64,000 nucleotides of DNA from an uncultured Spirochaetia bacterium (GTDB lineage: Bacteria > Spirochaetota > JAHITG01 > CAZBCL01), in contig CAZBCL010000001.1 of the NCBI GenBank assembly GCA_964490645.1, positions 194,334 to 258,333 of the forward strand, read 5' to 3'. A model generated the notes under the pieces. The model made no database searches. It worked only from the letters and a program-made list of their open reading frames with translations, and was not told where the DNA came from. Below, piece by piece: positions 10,864 through 20,199 of the stretch. Every line of letters starts with the position of its first letter. Positions within the stretch are counted from its first letter, which is position 1. The position numbers and the translations under genes are program-made.

Positions 10864-11760
10864 TTACGAAGCAAGAAACTCAACTAATTCGGTAGAGTGT
10901 GCATTTTCACGAAGATTATTAATAGCTTTTTTCTCAATTTGACGAATCCGCTCTTTACTAAGCCCGTATCGCGAACCAATTTTATTAAGCGACAAATGAC
11001 GAATATCATTCAGCCCAAATCGCATCTCAATGACTTCACGCTCAATTTTTGACAATGCTGAAAGCATGGAATGCAATACGGAAATAAGCGAATTATCTTC
11101 CGAATGTTTTTCCGGCAATGTAGTATTGTTATCAAAAAGCACTTCACTGAAAGGACGATTGTTTTCTTCATCTGTACCGGAATCCAGCGGCGTATAGTGC
11201 GCTGCGAGATTTATCAGATGACTTACTTCTGATTCATTGATATTCGTCTCCTGTGAAACTTCCGCTGCCGTCGGCATTCGATTAAGGTATCCCGATAATG
11301 AATGTATTGCTTTATCTATTAATTGAAGCTCTCCTGTTTTATTCATTGGCAAACGTATAAGTCGGCTTTTTTGTGATATTGCTTTAAGTATTGACTGACG
11401 AATCCACCATACGGCATATGATATAAAATGATACCCGCGGCGATAATCAAATTTTTCAACAGCCTGAATCAATCCTATATTTCCTTCACTAATCAAATCA
11501 CTGAGGGTAATCCCCGGAACATGATATTTTTTTGCAATAGAAACAACAAAACGAAGATTTGAGGTTATTAATAATTGTTTTGCCGCCTCATCACCATGTG
11601 CGGCACGCCGCGCAATTGTTATCTCTTCTGATCGTGAAAGAACCGGTATTGAATGTATGTCCCGAAGATACATTCGCAGCGAATCGGCACGTGGTGAATG
11701 TATGTTTTTATATATGGCCGTCTCGTCGGTGCTATACTTATTTGATCTCGTTGAATGCAT
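10864..11760 (-). CDS. Sigma-70 family sigma factor, group 2 (RpoS/RpoD-like, 298 aa).
   Basis: Regions 2.1-2.4 (LITSNLRFVVSIAKKY, GNIGLIQAVEKFDYRRGYHFISYAVWWIRQSI), region 3, and region 4 (GLSKERIRQIEKKAINNLR). Too short for a primary RpoD. Longer and more RpoS-like than FliA. Confidence 0.8.
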   Translation of the reverse strand: MHSTRSNKYSTDETAIYKNIHSPRADSLRMYLRDIHSIPVLSRSEEITIARRAAHGDEAAKQLLITSNLRFVVSIAKKYHVPGITLSDLISEGNIGLIQAVEKFDYRRGYHFISYAVWWIRQSILKAISQKSRLIRLPMNKTGELQLIDKAIHSLSGYLNRMPTAAEVSQETNINESEVSHLINLAAHYTPLDSGTDEENNRPFSEVLFDNNTTLPEKHSEDNSLISVLHSMLSALSKIEREVIEMRFGLNDIRHLSLNKIGSRYGLSKERIRQIEKKAINNLRENAHSTELVEFLAS

Positions 11761-11993
11761 AATAATTTTCCTTTCCTGCCGCTAGTATCCTCATCTCTGT
11801 ATCACGTATCAACAATCCGCTCATCAGCACTGATGTGATAATAGCCTGCCTGTTTTGTATATACCTGTCGGCAATCACCGCTACTGCGCGTACACCGCCA
11901 TCAGCATATACGAATATTTTATTGTATACTTTTATGTATACATTCAATACCCATAATACCGCTTTTTAGAATAAACGCAAGTATTATTTTCAA

Positions 11994-12929
11994 TTATTTT
12001 TTTCTTTTCCCGCCCCGATGGAGAGAAAATATTCTCCTGAAAAATGTTTTTATTTTTTTAAAGTGTTTTCCCGGTCGTTCCGAATAATTGTCTTTAAAAC
12101 TTAATGCAGCTTCTTCCATGTCAATTTGTTCATTTCGTTCTTTACTTAAATAAAACTGATGTTCAATTATCCACAAATAAAGATCCGATTCGGTTCGTTT
12201 CGTAAAATCATTAAGAATATTATGCTTGCGAATAATATCTCGAATCCAGCAATACACATTATCATACCAATCACATACCGCATCAGACCATGAGACCTCG
12301 GTGTTATTTTGTTCGGTCATGTAATACCGATGCACGGCAATGTGATCAATCAATTTTTGATAACATCCGATTGTTGAGAACTCTATTTGCTGCTGCGGGC
12401 GCAGCTCATCAAGTTTTGTTTTTTCTAAAAAGTCACTGTATTCAGCTTTAATTGCCAATGTCCGCCAGTTAAGATCTGAAGCAATCGGTATTTTTGTTTC
12501 AATTTCAATTACTTCAGCATCAATGTATTTAATATCTTTTTGCTTTGCAACACTGACACGATGATTTCCGTCTTGTACAAAATAGCTGTCGCCAACTTTA
12601 TATAATACAACGGGCGGTAATTTTTTCTCGGTATACCATGCAGAATATACTGCTTTCCATCGGGAACGTGAATGGTCATTCCGGGGAAGAAAATATTTAT
12701 CAAAATCTGCAAATCGGTTTTCAGAACCGATAATATGCGCGACCGGCACTTCCTGCAAACCACGATAAATCTGTTTTTGTAAACGCAGTTTTTTCCGTAC
12801 ATCATTTAAACTGATAAGTGTATTATTATCGCCTGTTAAATAAGCACGTAATGAATGGAAAAACGAACGAAAACGGGCACGTTCAAAATCTGCCTGTGCT
12901 TTCGTATCCGCTTCAGGATTAGGGCTCAT
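11994..12929 (-). CDS. ParB/sulfiredoxin-fold (ParB-like nuclease domain) protein of unknown function, 311 aa.
   Basis: Central motif VLYKVGDSYFVQDGNHRVSVAKQKDIKYIDAEVIEIE matches the ParB/Srx DGxHR core. The N- and C-terminal regions are not recognisable. Its 3' end sits at a gene boundary after an 11-bp overlap with the upstream phosphoesterase gene. Confidence 0.55.
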   Translation of the reverse strand: MSPNPEADTKAQADFERARFRSFFHSLRAYLTGDNNTLISLNDVRKKLRLQKQIYRGLQEVPVAHIIGSENRFADFDKYFLPRNDHSRSRWKAVYSAWYTEKKLPPVVLYKVGDSYFVQDGNHRVSVAKQKDIKYIDAEVIEIETKIPIASDLNWRTLAIKAEYSDFLEKTKLDELRPQQQIEFSTIGCYQKLIDHIAVHRYYMTEQNNTEVSWSDAVCDWYDNVYCWIRDIIRKHNILNDFTKRTESDLYLWIIEHQFYLSKERNEQIDMEEAALSFKDNYSERPGKHFKKIKTFFRRIFSLHRGGKRKK

Positions 12930-13590
12930 GATTGTTCACCTCGGTATCAATAACAATATGACCGGTTGTATTGATAACACGGGTTCGACCGACCCGTGTT
13001 TCACGTTTCTCATTTGCACCGATATAATGACTATGACCATGTAAAAAGAAACGTGGTTGGTATTTATGTATCAGCCGACGAAATATTTTAAACCCGACAT
13101 GCGATGAATCAGTTCGATCGTTAATACCCAACGGCGGACAATGCGTTACAATAATATCCGGTCCGGCAGGATACCGTATTTTTTTCAGCCATAGTTTCGG
13201 CAGCGTCCGTGCAACTTTAAAAAACATTTCCGTATCAGTATACTGCACCCCTTCATTATTATATTTATGTGACCCTTCAAATCCCATCAGCACCATTTGT
13301 TTATATGCAATCACGCGCTCATCCAAGTTTATGCCGCCGGCAATTTCAGTTATTGCAGCACCATAACTGGTATACTCAACAGGACGAAAATGATTCCCCC
13401 GCACATAAAAGAGCGGTTTATTAATGCTTGAAATAATAAAGTCAAGATAATATCGCGGCAAATCGCCACAGGAAAGTATCATGTCAACATACTTAAACTT
13501 TTCAATTCCGCTGCTGTAAATTATTGGATCTACCTGATCGCTGACAATAAGTATTTTCATGTAATCCTCAATAATACATTGTATACACAC
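12919..13590 (-). CDS. Calcineurin-like metallophosphoesterase (YfcE/MJ0936-like).
   Basis: MKILIVSDQVD, CGDLPRY, RGNHF, THCPP and HGHSH correspond to metallophosphoesterase motifs I-V. Overlaps the ParB-like gene by 11 bp. Confidence 0.8.
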   Translation of the reverse strand: MCIQCIIEDYMKILIVSDQVDPIIYSSGIEKFKYVDMILSCGDLPRYYLDFIISSINKPLFYVRGNHFRPVEYTSYGAAITEIAGGINLDERVIAYKQMVLMGFEGSHKYNNEGVQYTDTEMFFKVARTLPKLWLKKIRYPAGPDIIVTHCPPLGINDRTDSSHVGFKIFRRLIHKYQPRFFLHGHSHYIGANEKRETRVGRTRVINTTGHIVIDTEVNNHEP

Positions 13591-13686
13591 TATAATTTAA
13601 AAATATTCTATAGCATATTAATGTATTGTAAATATAAATACCGTATTAAAAACATTATGATATGCTACAAAACGACGATGGAATAA

Positions 13687-14502
13687 TTAGAGTAATTGTG
13701 ATAAATACGCAATTGCCGCGTTATATCCCGGCGTATAAAATCGATCAAGATGAGTCAGATCAAATGCACTCAATTCAGGCAAATCCGGTTCAATTCTAAT
13801 ATCCGGTATAGTCGTATCGGTTCGTGAAAGCTGCGCCATCATCATCATAAATGAACGTGCAGCAATTGATATTAAGGAATTGCCCCGTATTGACGGATTA
13901 TGCAAACCGCTAAATACATCAACTGCAAAAATAAAATGTGCGCCATACTCATGAACAGGTGTCGTCGGAAGATTAGCGGTTATACCACCGTCAACATAAT
14001 GATGACCATTAATTTCAACCGGTGCAAATAGAACCGGGATAGTACACGAAGCCTGCACTGCCGGCGCAACCGGTCCGGCAGTAAAATAATAAGGTGTACC
14101 GGTATCAAAATCCGTTGTTGCAATAATACAGGGAATTTTTAAATCCCTGAATGATAAATCACCGATTGTCTCTTTAATTAATCTTTTAATACCGTCATTT
14201 TTAACTAATCCGCGCATCGTGTACGATAGTGAAACGATTTTCGGCCAATTTATTTCCTGCGCCAATGCGTATAATTCATCACTTGAAAGACCGGCGGCAA
14301 ATAATGCGGCAATGATTGCACCAATACTCGTCCCGCTGACAACATGTACAGGGATGTTATATTCTTCAAATGCTTTCAGAACACCAATATGAGCGATTCC
14401 GCGCGCAATACCGCCGCTTAAAGTTAAGCCGATTTTATGTGCCGTTATTGCCCGTTTCAATCGACGGCGAAGTTTATGCTTTTTATCAATAAACATTATC
14501 AT
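13687..14502 (-). CDS. Patatin-like phospholipase (RssA-like).
   Basis: Oxyanion GGIARG, nucleophile GTSIG (GxSxG), catalytic Asp in YVDGGITANLP. Confidence 0.85.
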   Translation of the reverse strand: MIMFIDKKHKLRRRLKRAITAHKIGLTLSGGIARGIAHIGVLKAFEEYNIPVHVVSGTSIGAIIAALFAAGLSSDELYALAQEINWPKIVSLSYTMRGLVKNDGIKRLIKETIGDLSFRDLKIPCIIATTDFDTGTPYYFTAGPVAPAVQASCTIPVLFAPVEINGHHYVDGGITANLPTTPVHEYGAHFIFAVDVFSGLHNPSIRGNSLISIAARSFMMMMAQLSRTDTTIPDIRIEPDLPELSAFDLTHLDRFYTPGYNAAIAYLSQLL

Positions 14503-14524
14503 TCCCCATTAATGCAAGCGCCGT

Positions 14525-15616
14525 TTATTCGAGTGCGGTTTGCTCATGTTCAGCAAGTGAATGAAATCCTTCTATTTTGGAATTAATGTGTGAAAGATGG
14601 CGTTCTGATTTATCATACGTATTTTGCGCATTTTGTAAATGCTTCCCGACCAGCTGAAAGGACTCGCTGAATTTTTCTATTTGTTTTTCAAGTCCGCCGA
14701 TATTCGCAAGGATACGTTTTGCGTTTTCTTCAATATTCATACCACGCAGTCCCTCAGCAATGACTAATAAATATGCAAGAAATGAATTCGGGGAGACCGG
14801 TACAATATGGCGATCAACCGCATACTGCGATAAACCTCCAATACCCGAACTCTCTTCGGCTTTGATAAATGCTTCATAATAAATATTCTCCGCCGGAATA
14901 TACATCAAGGCAAACTCATAGGTCCCTTCATCCGGACGAATGTATTTTGACGCAATTTTATCAATATGAGTTTTCATTGCCGTAATAAAAGCTTTTACGA
15001 AACCGCGCCGTTCATCATCATTTTCAGCATGTATCATTTTTTCAAATTGCTCCAACGGAAACTTTGAATCAACCGGAACCATCTTATCACCCAGCCGAAT
15101 AATTGCATCAACACGTTCACCGTTTTTAAATGAATACTGCGCCTGCCATTGATGTGATGATAAAATTTGTGCAAGAAGCTGCTCCAGCATTAATTCGCCA
15201 AGTCCGCCGCGAAGTTTCGGTGCTTTTAATACATTTTTCAGCCCTTCAATATCTTTCCCAAGCAGCAGCATTTGTTCTGTACTGCTTTTAACATCTGTAA
15301 ACATAGTATTAACAATTTCCATTGTCCGGTGATTTTCCTGCAGGCGGCTGTTTACCTCACCGGTCAAACCCATAAACCGATTTTGTATCGTTGTATTCAT
15401 TTGTTCTAACCGACGGTCAAATGACGCTTGTGTTGCATTCATGGTATCAGCTAATAGTTTTATCGTCTCTTTTGATGAATCCTGTTCCTGTAAACGTGTA
15501 ATGAGAGTATTGATATATCGCCGGTTTGAAAGCGTGATAAGGATAACCGCACCAATGACAATAACCCCTGTTATAAGAATATACATCAACATCATTTCAC
15601 TCCCCGCAATTCGCAT
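14525..15616 (-). CDS. rmuC: DNA recombination protein RmuC.
   Basis: N-terminal TM helix, long coiled coil, conserved LRGGLGELMLEQLL and VDAIIRLGDKMVPVDSKFPLE blocks typical of RmuC. Confidence 0.85.
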   Translation of the reverse strand: MRIAGSEMMLMYILITGVIVIGAVILITLSNRRYINTLITRLQEQDSSKETIKLLADTMNATQASFDRRLEQMNTTIQNRFMGLTGEVNSRLQENHRTMEIVNTMFTDVKSSTEQMLLLGKDIEGLKNVLKAPKLRGGLGELMLEQLLAQILSSHQWQAQYSFKNGERVDAIIRLGDKMVPVDSKFPLEQFEKMIHAENDDERRGFVKAFITAMKTHIDKIASKYIRPDEGTYEFALMYIPAENIYYEAFIKAEESSGIGGLSQYAVDRHIVPVSPNSFLAYLLVIAEGLRGMNIEENAKRILANIGGLEKQIEKFSESFQLVGKHLQNAQNTYDKSERHLSHINSKIEGFHSLAEHEQTALE

Positions 15617-16595
15617 CCTTTGATATTATTCGCTTATTCAGAAGCCCCCTGATAGCATATGCTGCAACACCATCAGCAACACCGGTATTAAGAATATGAA
15701 CAGCATGTAACCCCAGTTGTGTCATGAGCTGCATGGTTATTTCAATACCCGTAACAATAATATCACGACGTTCCGCCGAAAGACCGGGAATATGTTCAAC
15801 GGTATACGGCGGGTTTAAATAAAAATAATTACGCAGCTTCAGAACATGCGCATGCGTAAGTGAGAGGTCATCCCGCGGAACACTATATTTTGCACTGATA
15901 ATATCAGCAATTGCATTGAGTGTCCCGCCGATACCGTATGCATTTTTACGGTATAAACCGCCGACATCACGTCGAACCGTTTGCAGGGCTGCACTGATAC
16001 TGTCAGTCATTGTTTGAAATGCCCGTTCATATTCTTGATGATTATCAAGACCGTCAACAGCATTACGCACCGCACCAAGTTCATAACTTATATTTGAAAG
16101 CATCTTTTTTCGTCCGGCACGTATAATTTCAGTTGAACCGCCGCCAATGTCAATAATTAAACTATTTTTAACATCAATCCCTGAAGCAGTCATTACACCG
16201 CAATACGTATACCGGCTTTCTTCTTCCGGGGAAATAATTTCAATAGAAAGACCGGAACGTTTTTTCACAAACGCAATTACTTCCGTATTATTCTTCGCTT
16301 GCCGCATTGCTGCCGTCGCGATAACTCTGAACTCATATATATTTTCATTATGACAGTGTGTCCGAAATTGTATAATACGTTCAGTTAATTTTGCCATCAA
16401 AACCGATGAAATAACACCATGCGTAAAAACATCTTTCCCCAAGCGAACCGGTTCTCGATTAAAATATAACCGCACGAATCTATTATCTGCCTGTCCCCCA
16501 ATAATATGAAACCGAACGGCATTGCTGCCGATATCTATGATACCGACTTTCGTCCAGTGTTCTTTAAATTCATTTCTGGAAATATGCGGTTTCAT
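15597..16595 (-). CDS. Ppx/GppA-family phosphatase (exopolyphosphatase / guanosine pentaphosphate phosphohydrolase).
   Basis: IDIGSNAVRF and IDIGGGSTE ASKHA-fold phosphate motifs. Overlaps the rmuC start by 20 bp. Confidence 0.85.
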   Translation of the reverse strand: MKPHISRNEFKEHWTKVGIIDIGSNAVRFHIIGGQADNRFVRLYFNREPVRLGKDVFTHGVISSVLMAKLTERIIQFRTHCHNENIYEFRVIATAAMRQAKNNTEVIAFVKKRSGLSIEIISPEEESRYTYCGVMTASGIDVKNSLIIDIGGGSTEIIRAGRKKMLSNISYELGAVRNAVDGLDNHQEYERAFQTMTDSISAALQTVRRDVGGLYRKNAYGIGGTLNAIADIISAKYSVPRDDLSLTHAHVLKLRNYFYLNPPYTVEHIPGLSAERRDIIVTGIEITMQLMTQLGLHAVHILNTGVADGVAAYAIRGLLNKRIISKDANCGE

Positions 16596-16761
16596 ACATA
16601 AAAATATATACTGAATTCAAGGTATGTCAATTGGTATCATCTTCACGTAATATACAACCACCTCACCTATACCGGTATCCCCTCATTGAACTCACTGTAC
16701 AGGTGTTTAATATTACACAACAATAATCTATGATAGTGCACGACAGATATTCAGCAACGCT

Positions 16762-18075
16762 TTAATAAATAACGATATTATATTTACTTGCAATGACCCA
16801 ATCACGGCGGATTTTACGAAATATTAATCCGCGACGGCGGACTTCAATACCAACTGAATAAACAATATCATTATTCCGAAGCAGCACCGTTGAACTATTT
16901 ACCAATGCGATTAATTCTTTAACAGATGAAATGTTTTTCCATTCAGCATTTGGTGTTTTTATACGTATTATTTCATCGCCCGGCTTGAGCTTCATCTGTT
17001 TTCCCGCCGAATCAATAACAACTGCTGAACCGTTGCTGTTTGAATGCATTGATACGGTAAAATTGAAGAGTATTTTAAGAAGTACATTCGGAGCAAGGTA
17101 AAATACATCAGGACGAAGCTTTACAGTATTTGAAGGAGAAGATGTACTATACCGGTAATGCCAATAACATTCGATATCAGCAAGCGCACAGGAACGATAT
17201 GTATTTGAATAAATATCGCAGTCAATATCTGAAAAGCACGACGGCAATTCGCCGTCGTTATTCAAATATTCCGCAAGCGGGCTTTGTTCAATCGCCGCCC
17301 ATGAATTGATAACCCCATCAGCAATATCGGTTCGATGTGTTACTAAACCAAGATATGGGAAAAATGCCGGTTCTCCATTGCGGATTGACTGCAACGCCGC
17401 CCATGCTGTGTGAATAGGAATGTAATATCCGTATGGTATATTTGAAAGGGAATAATTGATAACCGCAATACCGGCAAGCGCACCATTTGACGTAAAAAGC
17501 GGCGCCCCGCTATTACAAGACATAAATGCAGGACGAGTCAAATTTCCGACCGGCAATGTATACCCGCGAATATCAAATGTTGTTGTTCGATGTACCGTGC
17601 ACGATGTATGTATCGGCATTTGATTTGAGAGATATCCAAGTAAAGTCAGTGTATCATCAATCTGCACCGGTTTTGTTATCGTGGTGATTTCCGGCACTGC
17701 AGGACTTGTCGGCAATTCAACCAATGCCGCATCAACGGTATCAAGTGTATACACTTTCTGAGATGACGCTGCATCAACATTAATAGAAATCTCCGGTATC
17801 GTATCATTCGCAATAATAATTCGGGAGGCGCCGTCAATAATATGCGCTGCGGTTAATAACATATTACTGATAATAATTCCTGAACCGTAATTGGTCCGAG
17901 TCGTAACCGTATACAGATCGTTAATACTAGTACGGGTAATAATTGTCGGTAATTCTGCAACCGTCCATTCACCGATAATTGTTAATCTGACCACCGCCGC
18001 TTCAGGAAGTGGTTGCGCATATGTACTGACAAGAACAGCAATAATAAGCCCTATAACAAAAATAGTGTATTTCAT
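16762..18075 (-). CDS. Periplasmic trypsin-like serine protease with a C-terminal PDZ-like domain (HtrA/DegP-like, divergent).
   Basis: Signal peptide. His motif MLLTAAHII. Ser motif CNSGAPLF. C-terminal KLKPGDEIIRI PDZ-like segment. Confidence 0.6.
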   Translation of the reverse strand: MKYTIFVIGLIIAVLVSTYAQPLPEAAVVRLTIIGEWTVAELPTIITRTSINDLYTVTTRTNYGSGIIISNMLLTAAHIIDGASRIIIANDTIPEISINVDAASSQKVYTLDTVDAALVELPTSPAVPEITTITKPVQIDDTLTLLGYLSNQMPIHTSCTVHRTTTFDIRGYTLPVGNLTRPAFMSCNSGAPLFTSNGALAGIAVINYSLSNIPYGYYIPIHTAWAALQSIRNGEPAFFPYLGLVTHRTDIADGVINSWAAIEQSPLAEYLNNDGELPSCFSDIDCDIYSNTYRSCALADIECYWHYRYSTSSPSNTVKLRPDVFYLAPNVLLKILFNFTVSMHSNSNGSAVVIDSAGKQMKLKPGDEIIRIKTPNAEWKNISSVKELIALVNSSTVLLRNNDIVYSVGIEVRRRGLIFRKIRRDWVIASKYNIVIY

Positions 18076-18078
18076 TAA

Positions 18079-19383
18079 TTATTCGACGTAAAAATGCACA
18101 GACCGTTCATCACATGCACCGGGGGCAAGTTTCATAATACCGAATTTTTTATCAAACGGTTCTTGGGCAGAGTGATCATCACACCCTTGCCATGGTTCAA
18201 TACAGATAAAAGGAGCATTCGGCGTTGACCAGATGCCAAGATGCGGCATATCGTTAAATTCAATAACTGAAGTTATTTTTGCAGCCGGATCATATAATTT
18301 TACCGTTCGGTTTTTTATATGCGTCATATCAAATGTATACGTCATGCCCAGTTCTTCTTCAGTAACAGGGAAAACCCCGCCAAGTGTTTTTTCTATTGAG
18401 GAACCGGTCATAAAAGAATTATTATCCATTTCATACTGCGTATACTGCCCATGCGGCAACAGCAGCTGAACGTTTGATTTTGTGCCTTTTTCGGTTACCG
18501 GTGATTTCAATCCGGGATGCCAGCCAAGCTGATAATACATATCAGTATTATCAGTATTCCGTACGGTCATCGTTACGGTTAATAAGGTGTTTGCACCGTA
18601 TCGGGAAAGTTCATACCGCACGATAAACTCATGTTTCCATGGATATACACAATCGTTAATCATACGCTCATTAATACCATACTCCGCCCATACGGAAACA
18701 TCAGTTGCGCCCGCACCGTATAATTGAAACTCAGTATCACGAGCAAATCCGTGATTGTTTAATTCAATACGGGTCCCATCAGTCATTACTGATTTTTTAT
18801 TAACCAACCCGCCGACTATCGGAAAAAGAAACGGCGCATGTCGTTTCCATCCGTTATGTGTTGGCGTCGGTTCACCGTCATTCCATAAAAGCGGTATCGT
18901 CGCTCCGGCCTTCAGCGCTCGTATGCTTATTAATTCAGCACCAACTCGGGCAATGGATATACGTAAATGCGGTGCAATCAGTTCATCCCGATCAGATAAT
19001 TGTTGAAAAGAGTATACTGCTTCTATATTATTTTTTTGTTGTTGTTTTGTCTTTCCTGAAAAATATATTAGCCAAATATTTCGGGCATAAACAAATGTCC
19101 CGAACGCCTGCCCGATAATAATAACAATATCCTCACGCCATATTGCATACGACAACAGCATCAGCCCGCCAATCAATGATAAAAACCAAAATGCCGGCGG
19201 CACAACACTGCGTTTTTTCTTTTCTGAGGTAATCCACTGGATAACCATTCTCCCGCCGAACATACACTGCGCAAGAAATCCGAAAAGTATCCAACCGACT
19301 ACTAAGGGATCATCAGAAAATAGTTGCCCTACTGCACGAACGGTATTTTTAATAAGATGACTTAAAATTGATACATACACCAT
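18079..19383 (-). CDS. Fusion protein: N-terminal lipid-A-biosynthesis N-terminal domain (LAB_N, 2-3 TM) plus C-terminal aldose-1-epimerase (mutarotase)-like domain.
   Basis: N-terminal LGWILFGFLAQCMFGGRMVIQWITSEKKKRSVVPPAFWFLSLIGGLMLLSYAIW looks like LAB_N. C-terminal NHGFARDTEF and beta-rich sequence resemble the aldose-1-epimerase fold. Lies 17 bp downstream of the GT2 gene. Confidence 0.55.
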   Translation of the reverse strand: MVYVSILSHLIKNTVRAVGQLFSDDPLVVGWILFGFLAQCMFGGRMVIQWITSEKKKRSVVPPAFWFLSLIGGLMLLSYAIWREDIVIIIGQAFGTFVYARNIWLIYFSGKTKQQQKNNIEAVYSFQQLSDRDELIAPHLRISIARVGAELISIRALKAGATIPLLWNDGEPTPTHNGWKRHAPFLFPIVGGLVNKKSVMTDGTRIELNNHGFARDTEFQLYGAGATDVSVWAEYGINERMINDCVYPWKHEFIVRYELSRYGANTLLTVTMTVRNTDNTDMYYQLGWHPGLKSPVTEKGTKSNVQLLLPHGQYTQYEMDNNSFMTGSSIEKTLGGVFPVTEEELGMTYTFDMTHIKNRTVKLYDPAAKITSVIEFNDMPHLGIWSTPNAPFICIEPWQGCDDHSAQEPFDKKFGIMKLAPGACDERSVHFYVE

Positions 19384-19400
19384 ATCTGTTTTACCACCTG

Positions 19401-20111
19401 TTAATAGTTCTTTTTAATGTGATATACAATATTTCTGTCTTTCATCCACCGTACGGCACGCAAATCCCGTGATGCCCGAAAAACACGATTCCATACGCCA
19501 TACTTTGCACTGCCGTATTTTCGATGTCGGTGATGTACCGGAATCTGTGCAATACGCCCGCCTTCCATTTCTATTAATGACGGGAAAAAACGATGCATTC
19601 CCTGAAACATTTTAATTTTTTGCAGCAGTGAAGTACGAATACATTTAAATCCGCAGCCGGTATCTTTAATTGATTCATGTAAAATCCGATTGCGCCACCA
19701 ATTTGCCAATCGTGATGAAATACGCCGTATAATGCTATCTTGCCGTCGAGTACGAATCCCGCACACAATATCAGCTTTTTGTGCAGCAGTATAAAAAGCC
19801 GGAATATCAGCCGGATCATCCTGTAAATCCGCATCCATAGTAATAACCCACTCACCGCGAACTTCACTGAATGCTGCATCAAGCGCAGATGATTTCCCAT
19901 AATTTCGGTCAAACTGAATAATTCGTATATGCTTATTTTTCTTGTGCAGCTTTTTTAAAACTGCCGGCGAACGATCAGTACTGCCGTCGTCGATACATAT
20001 AATTTCATATGACACCCGCATTCCCTGTAATACCGGAATTAATTCGGAGAACAGCTCCTCAAGGCTTTCTTCCTCATTACAGACGGGAATAATAATACTC
20101 AGTTTTATCAT
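19401..20111 (-). CDS. GT2 polyprenol-phosphate glycosyltransferase (ArnC/GtrB/DPM1-like).
   Basis: SIIIPVCNEEESL, ICIDDGSTD, ITMDADLQDDP (DXD). 236 aa, typical of undecaprenyl-phosphate sugar synthases. Confidence 0.85.
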   Translation of the reverse strand: MIKLSIIIPVCNEEESLEELFSELIPVLQGMRVSYEIICIDDGSTDRSPAVLKKLHKKNKHIRIIQFDRNYGKSSALDAAFSEVRGEWVITMDADLQDDPADIPAFYTAAQKADIVCGIRTRRQDSIIRRISSRLANWWRNRILHESIKDTGCGFKCIRTSLLQKIKMFQGMHRFFPSLIEMEGGRIAQIPVHHRHRKYGSAKYGVWNRVFRASRDLRAVRWMKDRNIVYHIKKNY

Positions 20112-20199
20112 GCAATTATACCTTCATTATTTTATAGTATCCATCAGACACCTGCAGTGTCATGTATTCACAACAGATATCTGTGCCGCTGCTTTTAAC

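Noticed and set aside
11738-11947. 69-aa ORF between the sigma-factor gene and the ParB-like gene
   Set aside because: Overlaps the sigma-factor start. No ribosome-binding site. The region is more plausibly the sigma-gene promoter or 5' UTR.
12981-12990. tRNA-like T-loop (GGGTTCGACC)
   Set aside because: It lies inside the well-supported metallophosphoesterase CDS. No acceptor or anticodon stem structure around it.
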